This document shows positions 62,607-64,000 of a DNA stretch of 64,000 bases, piece after piece. The notes beneath the pieces are model-generated. The model saw only the letters and a program-made list of their open reading frames with translations. It was not told the origin of the DNA and ran no database searches. The position numbers and the translations under genes were made by a program. The stretch covers positions 399-64,398 of the forward strand of contig JAQXDG010000179.1 of the NCBI GenBank assembly GCA_029251505.1. Reading direction: 5' to 3'. This DNA comes from Glaciecola sp. Lineage in GTDB: Bacteria; Pseudomonadota; Gammaproteobacteria; Enterobacterales; Alteromonadaceae. The stretch's first letter is position 1. The number at the start of each line of letters is the position of its first letter.

Positions 62607-64000
62607 ATGAAAGCACCTACTCACGCGCGTTTTAATGCGTCGTTAGTCGCTATTGCAGTTGCCACAGGCTTAGTGCCAATGCAGCAAGCTATCGCACAAA
62701 CAAACGAAGCTCAAATTGAAAAAATTGAAATCACTGCGACGCGTCGTACTGGAACGGTTCAAGACGCGCCGTTAAATATCACAGCCCTAACGGCTGATAC
62801 ATTAGCAGAACAAAACATCGGTCAATTAGAAGATGTTGCACGCTGGGTACCTGGTTTGACGGTCGTTGATCAAGGTGGTCGTAATGATTCGCCGATTATT
62901 GTGCGTGGTTTGAACACCAACTCAACGGGCCCAGGTGCTAATGGTGGCACAGTTGCTACCTATTTAGGTGAGTTGCCGTTATTCTTAAATATGCGTTTAA
63001 CCGATATTCAACGTGTTGAAGTATTAATCGGTCCACAAGGTACGCTGTATGGCGCAGGAACATTAGGCGGTGCGATCCGTTATATCCCGAAAGAAGTCGA
63101 GTTAGATATGACTTCTGGTGAAGTCTATGGCGATATTTTTTCTGTATCTGAATCAGATTCTTTAGGTGGTGAATACGGTTTTGTCTTTAATACGCCATTA
63201 ATTAACGATAAATTAGGCTTCCGTGCATCATTAAATTATTACAACGACCCTGGCTTTATCGACTACAACTATGTTGTGCGTCAAGGTGGTGTGTCATTAG
63301 CCGATCCTGATTGGAATGACGCTGCAGCGGTAGAAGATAATTTACGTCAAGTTAAAGATGCCAATGGCGAAACGACGTTAACGGGTCGTGTCGCTGTGCG
63401 TTGGACGCCAACAGACAAAATCGATGCAACGTTAGCGTATTTTTACCAAAGCCAAGATGTGGAAGGTCGTTCTATTTCACATTATAACGCTCTACCAGAA
63501 TCCAATGCACTTAGCGGTCAACCGGGTCAATACGACTCTGCATATCGTTATGAAGAGCCACGTGAAAAAATCGATGAGCTATTAAGTCTTGAAGTGACGG
63601 CTGATCTAGGTTTTGCAGAATTAACGGCTGCTGCCGGTGTCTCATCATTTGAAGCTGACGGTCAACGTGACCAAACGGATTTATTAATTCGCTTAAACTA
63701 CAGCTACGAAGATTTCCCTGCGTTCTCAGCATTTACGCGTGAACAAGATAACTCAGATGTCACTACTGGTGAAGTACGTTTAGTATCGACGTATGAATCA
63801 GACTTTAGCTGGATTGCGGGTGTGTTTTATAACAAATTCGAATCGGATAATCGTTCAGCAGAATTTACGCCAGGTTATGACACCTTTTTAGGTGGTTCAC
63901 GCCCGGATGCGCTTGAGTATTTATCAGTGGGTGAATCCACCATCACTGAATCAGCAGTGTTTGGTGAAGTGACTTATCAAGCGACAGATAAATGGGATGT
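62607..64000 (+). CDS. TonB-dependent outer-membrane receptor, N-terminal part (runs off the window end)
   Basis: This ORF is absent from the ORF track because it has no stop in the window. My hand translation from the ATG at 62607 gives a signal peptide (…VPMQQAIAQ). It also gives a TonB-box-like EKIEITATRR and plug motifs (PGLTVVDQGG, IIVRGL, IQRVEVLIGPQGTLYGAGTLGGAIRYIPK). GGATACCTCC lies just upstream of the ATG. Confidence 0.85.
   Translation, partial: MKAPTHARFNASLVAIAVATGLVPMQQAIAQTNEAQIEKIEITATRRTGTVQDAPLNITALTADTLAEQNIGQLEDVARWVPGLTVVDQGGRNDSPIIVRGLNTNSTGPGANGGTVATYLGELPLFLNMRLTDIQRVEVLIGPQGTLYGAGTLGGAIRYIPKEVELDMTSGEVYGDIFSVSESDSLGGEYGFVFNTPLINDKLGFRASLNYYNDPGFIDYNYVVRQGGVSLADPDWNDAAAVEDNLRQVKDANGETTLTGRVAVRWTPTDKIDATLAYFYQSQDVEGRSISHYNALPESNALSGQPGQYDSAYRYEEPREKIDELLSLEVTADLGFAELTAAAGVSSFEADGQRDQTDLLIRLNYSYEDFPAFSAFTREQDNSDVTTGEVRLVSTYESDFSWIAGVFYNKFESDNRSAEFTPGYDTFLGGSRPDALEYLSVGESTITESAVFGEVTYQATDKWD

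Noticed and set aside
62425-64000. The tRNA-Gly 3' flank as a possible genomic-island integration site.
   Set aside because: No integrase is present, I saw no direct repeat of the tRNA 3' end in the remaining 1.6 kb, and the next gene is an ordinary TonB-dependent receptor. The window ends too soon to exclude an island further on.

Overview
The window is 64 kb of chromosomal DNA from an AT-rich gammaproteobacterium. By eye, GC is in the low-to-mid 40s in most genes. Gene order (glnK-amtB; pyrB-hemL; parC; argD-astA-astD; pabA, trpS, rpe; dam-damX-aroB-aroK-pilQPONM; mrcA; maeA; argA-H-G-F-B-C; trmL; gpsA-secB-grxC-yibN; gpmI-envC-yibQ; psd-rsgA; orn-tRNA-Gly) resembles marine Alteromonadales such as Colwellia or Shewanella, but that taxon is only a guess.

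I call about 62 protein genes, one of them truncated at each window edge, and one tRNA-Gly(GCC). I also call several intrinsic-terminator-like hairpins and a few operator or promoter candidates. Almost everything is core housekeeping: nitrogen uptake, arginine biosynthesis and catabolism, shikimate, type IV pilus assembly, cell wall and glycolysis.

I see no rRNA, CRISPR array, transposase, integrase, prophage or recognisable defence gene. I cannot honestly point to a convincing novel multi-gene system.

The items most worth a second look are:
1. A single in-frame TAG splits a roughly 920-aa 7TM hybrid sensor kinase inside a receiver-like fold. It sits in a strikingly AT-rich stretch of about 2.2 kb.
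2. A perfect Zur-box core overlaps the -10 of a MerC-like, Cys-rich membrane protein.
3. Tandem ARG boxes and a promoter lie upstream of argC, followed by a 56-nt near-perfect terminator-like hairpin in the leader.
4. A 1.76-kb opposite-strand three-gene insert (TorF-family porin, an AT-rich orphan, DUF2970) breaks the conserved dam-rpe linkage, and gph is missing.
5. An ast operon ends in a DUF1338 (HglS/YdcJ-like) gene instead of astB/astE.

All functional calls come from motif and synteny recognition by eye, with no searches run. Start codons are best guesses.
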